From Lama guanicoe (Eukaryota), in the NCBI GenBank assembly GCA_013239625.1, contig MU053911.1, forward strand, positions 819,590 through 883,589: a stretch of DNA of 64,000 bases, written 5' to 3'. This document shows positions 10,601 to 24,039 of the stretch, in pieces. The stretch's first letter is position 1. Each line of letters begins with the position of its first letter. Below the pieces are notes generated by a model. It worked only from the letters and a program-made list of their open reading frames with translations. It ran no database searches and was not told the origin of the DNA. A program made the position numbers and the translations under genes.

Positions 10601-12764
10601 TAACTGACTCTCAAAAGACTTGTTTTATTTGTTCAGTTTCTTACTCGCAGCATCACAACCACCGTTATCTCAGGGAGAATGATGAGCAGTCAAAGTAATT
10701 ACTTTACGATCTTTTCTTTTTCAACTATCTGCTTTAGTGAATTACAAAGGGACCTCGAAAAGACTCAAAAAGTGTTTTCAAACTAAAGTATATTTTGCTG
10801 ATAAAAATACTACTATTGATTAATAACAGCTCTTCACCTTGGCCAAAAGAGACAAGTCACTTGCTGAGCACGATGTCACCGAGGGCATAAGCCTTATCAG
10901 TTTTGAGCCTCTCCCAGCTGCTGGTCGGCGGCGACTGCTGCAGGACCCTTAACCCCGCCCCGCAGCGCACAGCAGCACAGACAACAGTAGCCCAACGTAA
11001 CGGCGACGTTCATGAACGTGTTCAGGCCACGGTTTTGACTCGGCCTAGGGGTTTGCTGCATGTAACATCTGCTTGTATGTAAAAGGTACCTACAGTTCAT
11101 CTGAGCATCCATGACCGTCCGACTGAAACCCAACAGGACCAAAGAACTGGCCAGGAAGGTGATCTTCAGACAGACAGACAGACAGACTGTGACCCACTGC
11201 GTAAGCGAGACAGCTTCTTGTTTACCTGGCAGGTAGTGGTTCCGAAGGATTCAAATGCTCCCCAGCACGGGAGCCGGCTCCCTCACGGGCAGACTTAAGT
11301 AGTGACAGCACCACAGTTTTGTCATAACTCTGATGAGACTTCCTTCGAAACGATTATTCACCCGTGTTGTAAGTGGCGCTTGTGGGTTAGGCTTGACTGA
11401 GCTAACGGTCGACTGCATCACTGTGATCAGCTGCATCTGCATTGACCGACACGGTGTCAAGCATCCAAGTCTAAAATCGCACCCATGACGGACGAGGTGT
11501 TCGTCCCACATCCTCCGAGATGCTCAAACACCTATTAATAGACTTTTTTTCAAATAATCACTTTAAAAGAAACTTTCATCTAGAGACACAGCCCTAGTCA
11601 AACTACAGATGCAACGTAAGAACACACATTTCTCAGTGGCGGGAAGAAAAACAGATGTAGAAGTCTGTTTTATTATTCTTAGGAAGTAAAGGAGCCGGTT
11701 TAAGATGTTCCCCCAGATGCTGGTTCGAGGAGAGAAGGGCAGCGACAAGGAGAGCCGGACGCTGTCCAGGATCGTCAGTGTTCGGCAACGTGTCCGGGGA
11801 TGTTTTCATAAACCTGAAAGTTAAGCCTGTGATGGACATTTCTGTGACTGCTTCTTGCCTATTTCCTTTACTGGAAATCTTTTTAATTTGTTTGCTTTCC
11901 ATTTTACTTAGATTTTTTTCCCTTATAGGAAAAAAAAAAGGATGAAAGAGGATTAAAATGTTAAATAGTGTATTTCTATCTTAATTGCATTTAAACATTT
12001 CGAATTCAACCCATCACACATCCTAAAGCTCAAAGTCTAATTATTTGATTCTTTTTCTTGTTTTTTTGTAGTTTTCCCTGGTCTGCTTTCTAACCACGGA
12101 AATGCACATTTCTCAGAGTTACCTTTCTAGCCTGTTAGCCCTAGCCCGAGTGATCACAACTTTTTCTCCCGTAAGCCTTTCCTCTGTGAAACTCAGCGCA
12201 GTGAGACCGTCCGCCGGGGCCACGCCCCTCACAAGTCACCAGCGGGCCTTCAGTACCAGGCACGTCAGACTCGCTGAGGGAGCGCAAGGCGCCAAGCTGA
12301 AGCAGCCTGGGGGACGCCGGCTTGGGCCTGAGAACCCAGCACCTCACACAGCTTGGCCCCGGGACGAGAGCCAGGCCCCAGCCCCACGCTGGGCCACGAG
12401 AGCCTCCCTCAGACTGTCCAGCACCACTTAGAGCGTCTGAACAAGCAGGGAGCCTCAGACGCCCCGGAAGAAATGCCAGCGGCCATGCGGCCAGCCCCCG
12501 TCCTGAACAAACAGTAAGGCCCGGAGAGGCTTGGCCTGGCCCCCGAGGGCAGGGCCCGCTCCTGAGGCCCCATCTCTGACCCCCGATCTGCCCACAAGTG
12601 GCCTCACTCCGAGCAAACTGGGAGCTCCTGGCAGTGACGCCATCACCCAAAGAGCTTGATCCACAGTGGGTTGTCCGGGCTGTCGGGGCTGGAAGGACGC
12701 GGCTGCGGGCTGCCTACTGGACGATTGTGTTTCTAATTTTGGCCAAAGAGCACAAAGTTCCAGC

Positions 12765-13052
12765 TTCGCAGCACGAATCATTCTGGGGATCTAATGGGCA
12801 GCCTGGCGACTCGCGTTAACGCTGCTGTACTGTATACTCGAAATGTGCCAGGAAGGTAGATCTCAACAGCTCTCGTGACATTAAAAAATAGGAGAAAGAA
12901 AAGAAATGGTGACTATGGGAGCTGATGGACATGCTAATTAGCTTGGCTGAGGTGATTACTTCACAGTGGGTGTGCATTCCAAAACATCAGGTCGCACGGC
13001 ACGTATATACACACAATTTTACTTGTCAGTTCTACCTCAAAAAAGCTGCAAA
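12765..13052 (+). mobile_element. Old LINE-1 3' end (L1MA/MB type)
   Basis: GCTGTACTGTATACTCGAAATGTGCCAGGAAGGTAGATCTCAAC...TTGTCAGTTCTACCTCAAAAAAGCTG, typical L1M terminus. Confidence 0.75.
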
Positions 13053-14944
13053 AAATACTGGGCCAATACAAACGCCCGAACTGAAGTGCAGGCTGTGGCT
13101 CTGGCTGGCCAGCGCTGGGAAGCCTGAGGAAGCAGGTGACACGTGCATGTGGCTGGATGCCCGTGACAGCGTGTGTGCTCTGCCACCAGATCTCAATCAC
13201 TAGTTCTCACCTTACATTTAATAACATAGCAGCTTTCCGTTTTTTCCTGCTAAGGGCATGAGGTATTATATCATTAGATCTTACTAAATATGTATGTGTA
13301 TCAATCTCCTGGGTTCTGCTGAACAACTGACTATGCAAAGGAGCGAGGACCAAACACTGCCAGCCCAGGGACAGGGAGTTAAGAAGACGCTGGGGGGCCG
13401 GGATGCCCCTGGCCCCTCAGTCCACCTCGCTGGACACCTGCCCCAGCCTGCAGCGTGGCTGAGCCCGGAGAGTGAGTGCAGCGCCCCACCTGACCGTGGA
13501 CGGAGCAAGAACCCCCAGGGAACGCGGGGATGGCTGCGATTTTGAAATGAAGACTTGCGTGTGTTCCGTGCTGGACGTTCTCCTCTGGGCTGAGGTACAG
13601 CAGCAGCTTAGTAAAATCAACTGTTGTCAAGGTGACTTGATTTTAAGTCCCACAGGGTCATCATCAAACTAGATCAAAATCCACTTCAATCTTCAAAATA
13701 ATCACTTCGGCTTGATTCCATGGGTTAATATATGCCACGAACAGGAAGAACAGAATGATAATGTAAGGTTTTTATTTTTGATAAATATGAACTATTTCAG
13801 CCATCAGGGACGTAAACACATTTTCCACTGAATTAGCCAAGTAAGTGCCTCCCACGTCTCCCTCCCCACATCGTCACTGTAGGCACAGACGGAGAGGGAT
13901 ACACACGCGTCTTTCTAGCAGAATCATTTCACTGCGATAAAAATGCAAATATTGTGTGGTCAAGTGTTTTACGGAATGGGAGACCACAGATACACTTCCA
14001 CAATGCTAGCAAAATGGAACCTTCCGAGGTGCCCCTCTGCAGCAAAGAAGTGTGTTTCAGAGTCCCAGCCTGGGGACCACACGCCTCAGGACTCCTTTCT
14101 GGGGTGTGGATCTGAGCCCTGATATAAACTAACGGTTTATAGTGAAAGTCCTGTGGCCCCAAACAGAGCTGGTGGGTTGGCACGGAAGGGCTCTCCTCCG
14201 CCTTTCAGTTCCCGAGGGAGGCTGAAGGGCATCCAGACAGGTGACAGGGAAGGGGGACTTCTCTCCTTTTCTCAGAGGGTTTTCCCAGAACTGAGCTCAA
14301 CTCAGTTGAATATTTAAAAATAACTATATTCATCAACAATTACAAGCAGGAAGCCCACCTGGTCTCACAGATATTTTCACAGAGGGTCTTAAAATTTTGG
14401 AAGTTTTTCTCAATTAAAATTAGAAAGAAAAAAAGTCATAAATGTCCCATGAAATCAAACATCACTCATAACATTCTGGTGTATTCTCTTCAAGTCTGTG
14501 CACAGACTTTCCTAGAGCTATAGCGAGCGACCGGACTGGTCCACAAGCCAGAGCCCCCAGAACTCTGTGCGGCTCCTCTTCATCGTTACTGCGGGGCTAC
14601 AGCTGGGGTGGGGGATAGAAGAAGAGCGTGTTTTACTTACACAGAAACAAAGCTTAGAAATAAATAGCAGATTGAACCTTGAGGGTAACTGACCCAGGTT
14701 CACACGCACCCACCCTCTGAGCATGACTGAGGGGGTGTCATTCACAAACAAGTATCACACCTCACACTTGAATAAACTGAAGAGCAATCCAAGACAAATC
14801 TTCTCCTCCAAACTGCCATGGTGTGAATGACTTAATGCCAGTTAAAAAAGAAATACTCAGTTAACCAGAAGAGCACATTAGCAGACCACGCTGATTCGGT
14901 TAGAGTTGCTGCCCAGTGTCATCTCAACTGCTTTGAAGGTAAAC

Positions 14945-15830
14945 TGCAAGCTTCCAGAGCTTGGACTCTAAAACCGTTCTCCAGTAAAAGAAGCCAGGGC
15001 ACCCTGAAGACATGACGGGTTTGAGGGCTGGGGCAGAAGCACACAAGATGAGCAGGGAGCGTCTTATAGACCCAGAAAAAGAAAGAAAAAGGCCAGGATG
15101 ATGAGGTTGTGTCAAAGGGACACAGGAGTCAAGTGAAAAAGCTCGCCAGGCCCACACTGGGACAATGTAGACAAAATAAAGTGGTGCTGGGTTGTAATCC
15201 AGAGAGTGAAGTGAGCACCCATAAGCCCACCTTGATAGAGGCAAGCAGGTGATTCAATTAATAAATGGGGGAAATAGAGACAAATCTCTCATGCAGAAAA
15301 ACAACGTAGATACTTCACCCAAAAGAGGGCGGGGCTGAACTCCCTGCCCCCGACACGTGGGCTGCGTCTCAGGACCTCCCCCGGAGACGGCATTGGGCCG
15401 GTGTGGGGAGAGCAGCTTCCAGGTGAAGGAATCTGACCGAAGCTACTCCAGCCAGGCTGTCAAGGTCGACGTCCCCCAGAAGCGTACGTGCCCCGGATGT
15501 GACGTGACGTGGCGGTGCGTGACCTCCGTGGTCTCCCCCTCAGAGCCTGTCCTCCTGGCCTGATTGTGAGGAAGACGTCACGCAGATTCCCGTAGAGGGA
15601 CGTCCTTCTGTGTATCTGCCCAGCGCTCCTCAGAGCCGTCAAGATCACCAAAAGTAAGGAAAGTCTAAGAGACCGTCACAGCTAAGGGAATCTTCATTAA
15701 ACAAAACTCAGTGTCCTGGGTGGGATTCTGAGGGGAGAAAAGGGCGTTTGATGAAAACTAAGGAAACCTGAGTAAACTGTGGTCTTCAGTGAATGATAAT
15801 GTATCAGTATCAGTGCATTAATTACACAGA
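14945..15830 (+). mobile_element. Old LINE-1 3' UTR (L1MC/MD type), diverged
   Basis: GTCAAGATCACCAAAAGTAAGGAAAGTCTAAGAGACCGTCACAG and GTCCTGGGTGGGATTCTGAG...TAATGTATCAGTATCAGTGCATTAATT resemble L1MC/MD 3' UTRs. Confidence 0.65.
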
Positions 15831-16008
15831 GACATGGAAGCGGCCTAGGTGTCCATCGGCAGGAGGGTCTGACCACACGCCCCGGAGTCGGCAGGGATTC
15901 TGACTGAACCTATCAGAACTCTAGACACCATGAACTTAAACTTTCAATTTGCTTTTTCTAAGATAAAAATTTTCCATTTTTCCTTCCCTAATTCAAGCTC
16001 CTTTCTGT

Positions 16009-16067
16009 TAAGTTAATTTTTTTAATGGAGGTGCTGGGACTAGACCCAGGACCTCGTGCATGCTAAG
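16009..16067 (-). mobile_element. 5'-truncated vic-1-like SINE
   Basis: Reverse complement reads CTTAGCATGCACGAGGTCCTGGGTCTAGTCCCAGCACCTCCATTAAAAAAA. Confidence 0.8.
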
Positions 16068-17132
16068 ATTACCAACAACGCACACAGGAAAACCCACGGC
16101 AGGGCTAAACCAAGGTGCTGATTATATTACAGTGAGCACTGGTCCTGTCTGGGTAGGTCCTTGTCACTACCGCACAGTCACCACTGTCAACTTCTGCCCG
16201 GTTTCTTGCTGGCGCTCACTTAGAGGCAGTAAAGCCCCTTTATGCTGCAGGTGGGCACACTGTCACCTTCCAGACCTTCCTCCCTCTCCACCTGCCTGCC
16301 TGGTGCCCCCGCTTCTCTAACTACCTAACAATACTGCCAAAAGTCTAGTTTTGCAAACAGAAAAATCCCATATAAGTGAATCATAAAATTGCAACTTTTG
16401 TCCTCATCCTGAAATGTCTCTTTTTCATAGAACCTTCTGCAACACGGAACCGCACAACTTCCCTGTGTGTCTGGCCAACCCCAATCCCTGGCACCAGGCT
16501 CCAGGGTGTGCCCGTCTCCTGCTCCCAGCCCGGCTTCCCGAGCGAGCGCGTGGGCTCCTGCCCGGCTCTCAATTTGTCTCCGTCTGTGCTCACGATGCTA
16601 TTTCAAGAACAGGTGCCCATATTCACCGTTAACTGCAACGTGCGTCAGTTACACGCTAAGTGAACTCCCCAACCCGCACCGCGGAGCCAGGGAGCCCAGG
16701 AGCCCAGCCCCCAGGAAAGGGACCCCCTCTCCCCACACCCCCTCCCCACACCCCCTGCTCTGGAGACGTCAGGCGAGCATGAGAGCCCTGGGCTGGCAGG
16801 TCTATCTGGCTGAAGGTATAAGCTGAGATAGTTCAAGTGGCCGGGAGCTGCTGAAGACAGTCAGAGAAACCTACCAGGCTCAAGATGGTTCCTTCTGAGA
16901 CCCCAGATACAGAAGCCAGGTGCTTCCTAGATGCTCCGCGCATCAAATTAAAACTCTGGTCCACCCACAGAGGCGGGATTGCAGGCATCGTGGAGTCAGA
17001 AAACACTTCCTGAACCAGGACAAGCCAATAGGCAGGCAGTCTGAACTCCTGTGCCTCTGTGTCCTCATGTGCAAGGCAAAGGTAAGAATTCTTCCCGTGC
17101 CTACGGATGGGGCCTGAAGATGTAACGGGTAA

Positions 17133-17625
17133 TGTGACAGAGGGAAACGGGGCATGGGAGGAGGGCCAGGTCCCAGGTCCCAGGTGAGCCCCTGGGAGGG
17201 TCCTTGGCTTCATGCAAGAAAGAATTCAAGAGCGAGCCACAGTCGAGTAAAGGTAGATTTATCAGAGAGATGCACACTCTGTGGACAGAGTGTGGGCTGT
17301 CTCCGGTGGCGGGGGCGCCGCGAGGTGCCGGGCTGCTCGTTTTGATGGGCTCGGGACCTTCATGTGCTGACGGGTCAGGGGTTACTGCAACGACTGTGGG
17401 GAAGGGAGTGGGATTCCCAGGAACTGGGCCCTCTCCCACTCTCTGGCTTTTACGGCCAGCTCCGGAGCCACACGGTGCCCGTGGGGGTGCCATCCAGCAG
17501 CTGAGGTGTCACAGTGAGCATGTGCTGAGGCCCCGGTCCCCTGGGAGCTGGATCTCCCGCCGTCTTGGTGCTAGTGGCTGCGTCATCTTCATTGGCAGTT
17601 CCCTGCCCCCTTCCCTCCTGTCTCA
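17133..17625 (-). mobile_element. ERV1-class solo LTR
   Basis: TG...CA termini (TGTGACAG...CTGTCTCA); internal CCTTGGCTTCATGCAAGAAAGAATTCAAGAGCGAGCCACAG...AGATTTATC motif typical of MER4-group LTRs read antisense; no TSD seen. Confidence 0.65.
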
Positions 17626-18599
17626 ACACGCGACTCCCTCTGCACGTGTGAGCGGACGCACGTGACTGTGAAGACTCGTTTATCAAAACGCGGTAATTAT
17701 TTTAAGGCCCCTTACCTTCGACCTCAGCTCAGATACATTTCAACCAGAAAACCTCGCCCGTCACCCTCCACGCCTGTGGCTCATTTCTTTGCCTTTATCC
17801 CATCTCCTAGACTCTCCAGAGGCCCCCCCAGTGCCCCCCTCCCCACCACCTCTGCTCTCCCAGGACCTCTTGGGGCCTGTCCTCTCCCTGGGGACCCTCA
17901 GGTACCCTTGTGTATGTGCCCTTCCCTGTCCTGCTTGTCAAGAACTCAGAAGCCCACCCGAGAGCTGAAAGACTAGAAATGTCCTGGACTGACGTCTTCA
18001 TCATACAAAGAAGGAAACGGAGACTCAAACCCTTTGACTGACCTGCTAGGTGGGGACACGGGGACCAAAGCCCAGGCACCCCGAGAACACCGGCCGACGT
18101 CTGGATTCCCGTCTGACGGCACTAAGCCAGGACAGCGTCCGGTCACTCACTGCAGTGCACGAGCAGAGCTCTTCAGCACGGAACTCGGGCCCCCCGGAGC
18201 CTCACAGTCCACGCAGTCGTTAACTCTTGGTTCGTCTGTAACGTGTGAGTGAAGGAGAAGCTCAGAAATGTTTGCTGACAACACTACGTTGTGTTGTGCA
18301 CACAGAAGGTGCTCAACTGTTGCCTGGCCGGTGGGCGAATGCATGGGGGAAAGATGAGGACCCACGAGGGAAGGCCTCCAGAGCCATCATCATAGGAATT
18401 CTACTAGAAACTTGGAAGCTTGATTTAGCACAGAAATTCATTCCTTCTCTGAAAGTTCAGACCTCTCGAAATCAGCTTCGCAGAGCCCCCGTGCCGTTTG
18501 GAGACAGTATTCCACGTGCGCAGACGCGGAGGGCCAGCAGCTACCCAGGATCACATAAAGCAGCGTAGCTCCATCCAAAATTCCAGCTGGAGTCTGTCA

Positions 18600-19620
18600 A
18601 ACAAGAGCCAGTAGTTAGAATTACGCTACCAGATATTAAGGCAGGGGCCACCCTGGAACGACTGAAAGATTGTATTTCTCATCCAATTATTAAAAAGTGG
18701 AGCAACAGGAAAAAATGGAGGATTTAAAAACAGACTCAGACTCCTATCAAAACCGACTCTCATGGACGTGGCATCACCCTCAAGGGGAGGAAACGCGGCT
18801 CGCGTTCAGCAGTGTTGGGGACATCAGCTCATAGTAACGGCAAGACTCAAGCGTAGCCCTGTCTCTCACTGGCAAGCGAGGATGCATTCACACGGGCTTA
18901 AAACCGCCCCACAAAACAAGTGAACCAGAAACTGCCACGCTGTGGCTGACACGCTGCAACGCAGGAGGGTGAGGACATAAATACCACAGGGCGAGAGGGA
19001 GGGGGAAGCGAGAGAAAATTCACGACCCTGGGGTTCGGAGAGGCTTTTCAAGTATGAAAGAAAAGGCCCTGCCTGTAACGGGGGAACGGGAGGGTGTGCT
19101 TACCCCAGAACCACAGGTTTCGGCTCTGCCAAATGCACTGTAGACACAGTGAGGACTAGGTGGCAGACGCGGCGAGGACATTGCCAATGAACAGAACCAA
19201 GAAGAGATTAATACTCAGAATCTGTAAGAAACCCTCATAACTCAGTAAACACAGGGAGCACCCCACCTGCACCAAGGCTGTAAATGCTCCAGGGCTGAAG
19301 TAGGAACGGAATGGCTAACGTGAATAAATGCTTGACCTCCCTGGTGCGTGAGCAGAGAATTCCCAAGTACAGGCCCCAGTCTAGAGCCGCACTGACGAAA
19401 GTCGGTCTTCAGACAACAGCCAGGTCAGCAAGTGTGGGCGGAAACTGTCCCTTTCCTGGGTGCTGGGGACCGGGCAAGTATTTACTACAACCACGTGCGT
19501 GAGCAGCCCCACAGGAGGAAGCAGAACTGCGCTAGCATGTGCCCAAAGGTGGCAGGAAGTTCCGGATGCGCACCTCCAGGGAACTCAGCACACACAGATA
19601 CATGCAAGGTTGTCAGAATC
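18600..19620 (+). mobile_element. Highly decayed ancient LINE-1 ORF2 3' region
   Basis: Scattered L1 motifs (GATTAATACTCAGAATCTGTAAGAAACCCTCATAACTCAG; ATGGCTAACGTGAATAAATGCTTGACCTCCCTGG) in collinear order. Confidence 0.5.
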
Positions 19621-19788
19621 GCAAACCAAGGGGCCGGCCTCTGCTGGGAGCCGCCCCGTGCAGCTGGGGGACAAAGAGGGAAATGAAAAGGTTCGAGACT
19701 GGAATAATCCTTCGCGCTACCACCAGGCACGGAGCAGCACTAGTACAAGTCTGTGTGCTTCCGTGCCAGAACAGGCCCAGACGGCGGC

Positions 19789-19899
19789 GGGGAGGGTATC
19801 GCTCAGTGGGACACCGAGGGCTCCAATCCCCAGCACCTCCATTAAAAAATAAGTAAATAAATCAAATTACTTCCCCCCCGCTAAATTATTTTTTTAAAA
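19789..19899 (+). mobile_element. vic-1-like SINE with internal deletion
   Basis: GGGGAGGGTATCGCTCAGTGG...TCCAATCCCCAGCACCTCCATTAAAAAATAAG; anticodon arm missing. Confidence 0.8.
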
Positions 19900-20381
19900 C
19901 ACGGTTACAAGTAATAAAGAGAACAGTTAAAAACGGGGTGGGGAGGGAAAAATAAATGATCTGCTGTTAATTTATGGACAGTGAGCGTAAAGGGGTTAAC
20001 TTGAAATTCACTGAAGTCAGAAATCTGTCTGGTAGCCCTTCATGCCTCTCAGCATCGGGGTAATTGAGTACTAATTCTGCTGACCTATTTGCAGCAGCTC
20101 CTCCATCCCCCGTCCCCCTGGCTGGCAGGCAGCCGGCTTCACAGACTTGATGTTTTTCTTTTGACTGAATTTTTTACCAGAGGCATTTTAATTCTGTAAC
20201 TTCAGCAATCAATTTTGGCCCAAAGCTGCACAGGCCTCAGCCCCCTGGAAGCAGGTATTTGCAAGCGAGCTAACAGCTTAAGCACCCGAGGACGAGCTGA
20301 GTCCACACAGACAGAGGAGCGGGCCTTGTGCTGAATCACTTGCTGCAGTCAGCTGACTCGCCTGCACAGAACTGCACCACA

Positions 20382-20465
20382 CGTGTGAGTGTGTGTGTGT
20401 GCGCGCGAGCGTGCGTGTGTGCGTGCGCTTGTGTGCGAGCTTGTGTGTGTGTGTGTGTGTGTGTG
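20382..20465. repeat. (TG)n/(CG) mixed alternating repeat
   Basis: GTGTGTGTGTGTGCGCGCGAGCGTGCGTGTGTGCGTGCG...(TG)n. Confidence 0.95.
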
Positions 20466-23400
20466 ATGGGCTGTGATGGGTCAAAGTTTTATACTATGTT
20501 TTACAGTTGTAAGCAATTTTTAAAATTTTTATACATTTTGATTATATAAGCTATTTTTAATGCTGTTTGCTTTCATGATCCTAAGCCAGCGCTTTTTACA
20601 AGTAATCCTTAAATTCCAATAGCTAGAGAGGTCCTAGAAAGAGAAACTATTTGAAACAGAATTTGAATGGAATGATACAAAGAAAATCAGAATTTTGATT
20701 TTAATTTCTGAGGCAACTCGACTTCTTCAAAGACCAGAATGTCAAAGGGCACGTGACAGGCGTGGGCTGCCAGGAAATGAAGCGTCACCTCCGCTGAAGA
20801 CCCGTCATCATGTGCTGTCAAAGATCCTTAAACTCTAAAATGACACAGAAACCATCTTCCACTCACTACAAGGAACGTGGGTTGCAGGCAGGACCTTTGC
20901 TGGGATCTTGCAAGCACACCAGTAGATCACGTATTGTATCTACATCTTCTCCCCAAGAGAGGAACTGCGACGTTCACGTGTGAAGGAAGAAGCCAGCTTC
21001 CCCGCTGCGAGGCTCCCGCGTCCTCCCAGCTGCGTTACAGGGTAGCGATCTAGCCCGAGCAACCGGGCCTAGTGTGACGGACAGACGGCGCCTCGGACCT
21101 GGGCACTGCCAGGCCCGACTGGAAGGAGGGCAGCCCCACCTCGGCGGCCCGGCAGGAGAGAAGCTGGCAGACGGGACATGGTCCCAGTCACCGCTGGGGA
21201 CGACAATCAATATTCCCAGCTCCACTCCCACACACCACACAACTTGATCCCCCAACAGCCAGAACAGAATAACTGTGCTCACTCGGCTGGCCTGCGGGCC
21301 AGGGCTGAGAAAAGCAGTCATTCTTCAGTAGGAAGGGACACATCCACTTACATGAGGCAAGAGGAGCCTAGAAGCAAATTTAAAAAAAAAAATTGAGTCA
21401 AGGGTAAGTTTGCCTGAAAACTGAAGCTAGCAGGTCTCAGCCCACCCTGCTGAGATGAGTTACTGAAGATGCAGAGAAATAAAGGCAGGTGTCCTGTGGG
21501 CCACAAAACACGTGGTGCATCGAGGGGTGTTCTTAGCAGCAGTTTCGCCACAATTATACGAGGATTCACTTGTTCCTGGGGGAGGACCACCTGCCCCTGG
21601 GGCCACTGAGATCGCTCGCAGCATCTGCACACAGAGCCCCTCCCTCCGCGAGCCGCCCTGACCACCAGCAGCAGGAAGGGGAGTCAGTAGGAGACCCCTC
21701 GACAGAAGAGAAGATCGCCTGAGATTTCAGCAGTCACTGAAGACACGGGCAGAGAGGCAGGCGGAGGGCCAGAGGGCAGAGGTCCTCTGGTGCATGTGAG
21801 CGGCCCGGGGGTGTCTTCAACCTGATGGGGCCGAGCCAGGACCAGAGAGAGGGCATCTCCGACCAGCTCCCCAGCGGGGACCCCACTCAGGGTCTGACCT
21901 CACTCAGAGTGACCAAGTTTACAAGAATGATGGATAAAGCAAGAGGGGACAACACAGGCCAAAACGCCTCCATCGTGATGAAATGCTGGGGGAAGGTGCT
22001 GCAAAGTGAACACCTGCACACCTCCTGCCTCGGAAGGACTGTGTCCCCTGGGGGTGCTCACAGCTCGCCAGGTGCCGCTCTGTGTTCCCACAGTCCTGCC
22101 CGTCCCGGGGCCCAGCTCTGACAGCCACGTCATCAGTCACCAGCCCCTTGAGACAGAAAACTCAGATTCATTCGCAACACTTCCTTTTTCTCAACCACAC
22201 ACCAGACTCATCACTTAACACCACTGAGTTTGGGCAATTTGTTACTCGGCCACAGATAACCGGGAAAAGGACCGAACGCACGTCAGGTACCGTGCTGGGT
22301 ACTGGGGGGGCTCCTCCCCTTGTGCGATTATGACTTGCTGGCACAGTGGTCTCTGCGACTCTAAGACACGACCCTGGTCTCCCGACTTCGCTGTGCAGAC
22401 AGCACTTGAGGAAACATTCCTATAAAGACCCACATAAAGACAGACAGGGCTCCAGGTGTGGAAAGCAAACAGAACTGACTGAGAGGAGTGGTGTGGGGCT
22501 GCACGCTCAGAGGAAGGGCCGGCAAGGGCCCGGGCTAAGCGTCCAGGACTGGCGTGGCCGGAGGTGCCGGGAGGACAGGCGCCGTGCCCCGAGCAAGGTG
22601 GGCTCCTGTGCGCGTGTGGGAGAGACCCCCCGAGGGCGTGTGTGAGAGAGGCGCTTAGGAAAAGCAGCAGGAGGCAGATGGGAGAGGGTCTCGAGGGTCA
22701 TGGGAAGGGTTTAAAGGACCAGACCTCATCTTCCAGGCAAGACGATGGACAGTGGATTCACACAAGGGGCAGGGACACCAGTGGGGGACTCTCGAAATAA
22801 TGTTCCAACAGAGTAAGGAGAATCAGTCCCCACAACCCCTCCTACAACATGCCCCGCCCCCCAGCTCTTCCAAAACGTCATTTCTTGCCTCTGCTGCCTG
22901 TTTCTGTTTTAGCACCTCTGGCCTCCAGAGCCATGACGTCCCCTCACTGACCCACGTTCCCTGGACCCCCCCGGAGGGGGGGCTCCTTCCACCCCCAGCC
23001 CCCGGCAGCAGCTCCCTGGTGACCCGAGGGCTTCTCGTGCCTGCGGTTTGTTCTGACTGTTTGATCCTCTGTGCTCTACACGGTGTCACTTGTTCCCCGA
23101 CGTCTGGCAAGTTTTATCCCACAGTGAGCCACGCCTGCAAAGACGTGTTCAAGTGTCCCCGAAGCAGCTGCATTCCTGGTTTGTGGAAGAGACGCTGTGC
23201 AATGACAGTTACGCGGGGCTTTTATCTTCAAAGCCCTGCGCAGACAGTGCCTAATTAACCCTCTTTGCCCACCTGCAGGGCACACCAGCCTCTGAGCCTG
23301 GTTTCAGGACAGGGGATGGGCCAGCCCGCCACCAGCATGGCTCAGTTGGGTGCCAAAACCAGCAAGGGAGAGACCCAGCCGCCCCCACGCGGGGGCCAAG

Positions 23401-23702
23401 GGGGAGACTCAGACGGAGGGGCTGCTTCCTGCCAGCGTCCCTGCAGCAGGCCGTGACTCCCGTCGTGACGCGGGAGGCAGCCTGCTGGTGCTCGCGCCGG
23501 GTTCCGCTGCTCATCGAGTGACCTCTCCATCTTCTGCAGCCCCCGACTGTCAGGGAAGCCCTGTCAGTCCGCGATTTTCACCCGGTCCCAGCACTGAAGC
23601 AATTCATGGGAAGAGTGCTCAGAAAAGGAACGCCAATGCAGTCCTACAAGACGGGTCATTTCAGAAGCTGGGAAAAACCCTAAGATAGATGAGCCTCCTC
23701 CC

Positions 23703-23747
23703 CTTTTATAAAGTTTCCACCTCGTTCTGCCACATCGCCATGGCAAC
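23703..23747 (-). promoter_or_regulatory. Candidate core promoter: RFX X-box-like site + TATA box
   Basis: ATCGCCATGGCAAC at 23734-23747 (2 mismatches to GTTGCCATGGCAAC); TATAAAAG on the minus strand at 23710-23703. Confidence 0.3.
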
Positions 23748-24039
23748 AGAGTCCCTCCGCCCCTCCAGTGTCCCCAGGGTCTCCCCTGCCTCCCTCACCA
23801 AACAAGTCTCAGAACCAGCCCCCGCCTCACCCGCACCAAGGCTAGCAGCAGGTCAGGGGAGGCCGTGGAGTGGGGTCGGGGGTGACTTTGCATGTCAACA
23901 CAACCCTGCTCAGCTCAGGTCTTGGCTGTGGTTGCTGTTCTGGCCACAGGGAAGTGAGCTGTAGGGCATCTGGGTGGCGGGGCCCTAACACCTCACAGCC
24001 AGTGCATTCTGAGCCAAGCCCCGTCGACAGGGGGTCTGG

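Noticed and set aside
11088..11186. Exon-like segment after (CAGA)n on the minus strand (ITFLASSLVLLGFSRTVMDAQMN)
   Set aside because: The acceptor tract is just the microsatellite; no supporting neighbouring exon or homology
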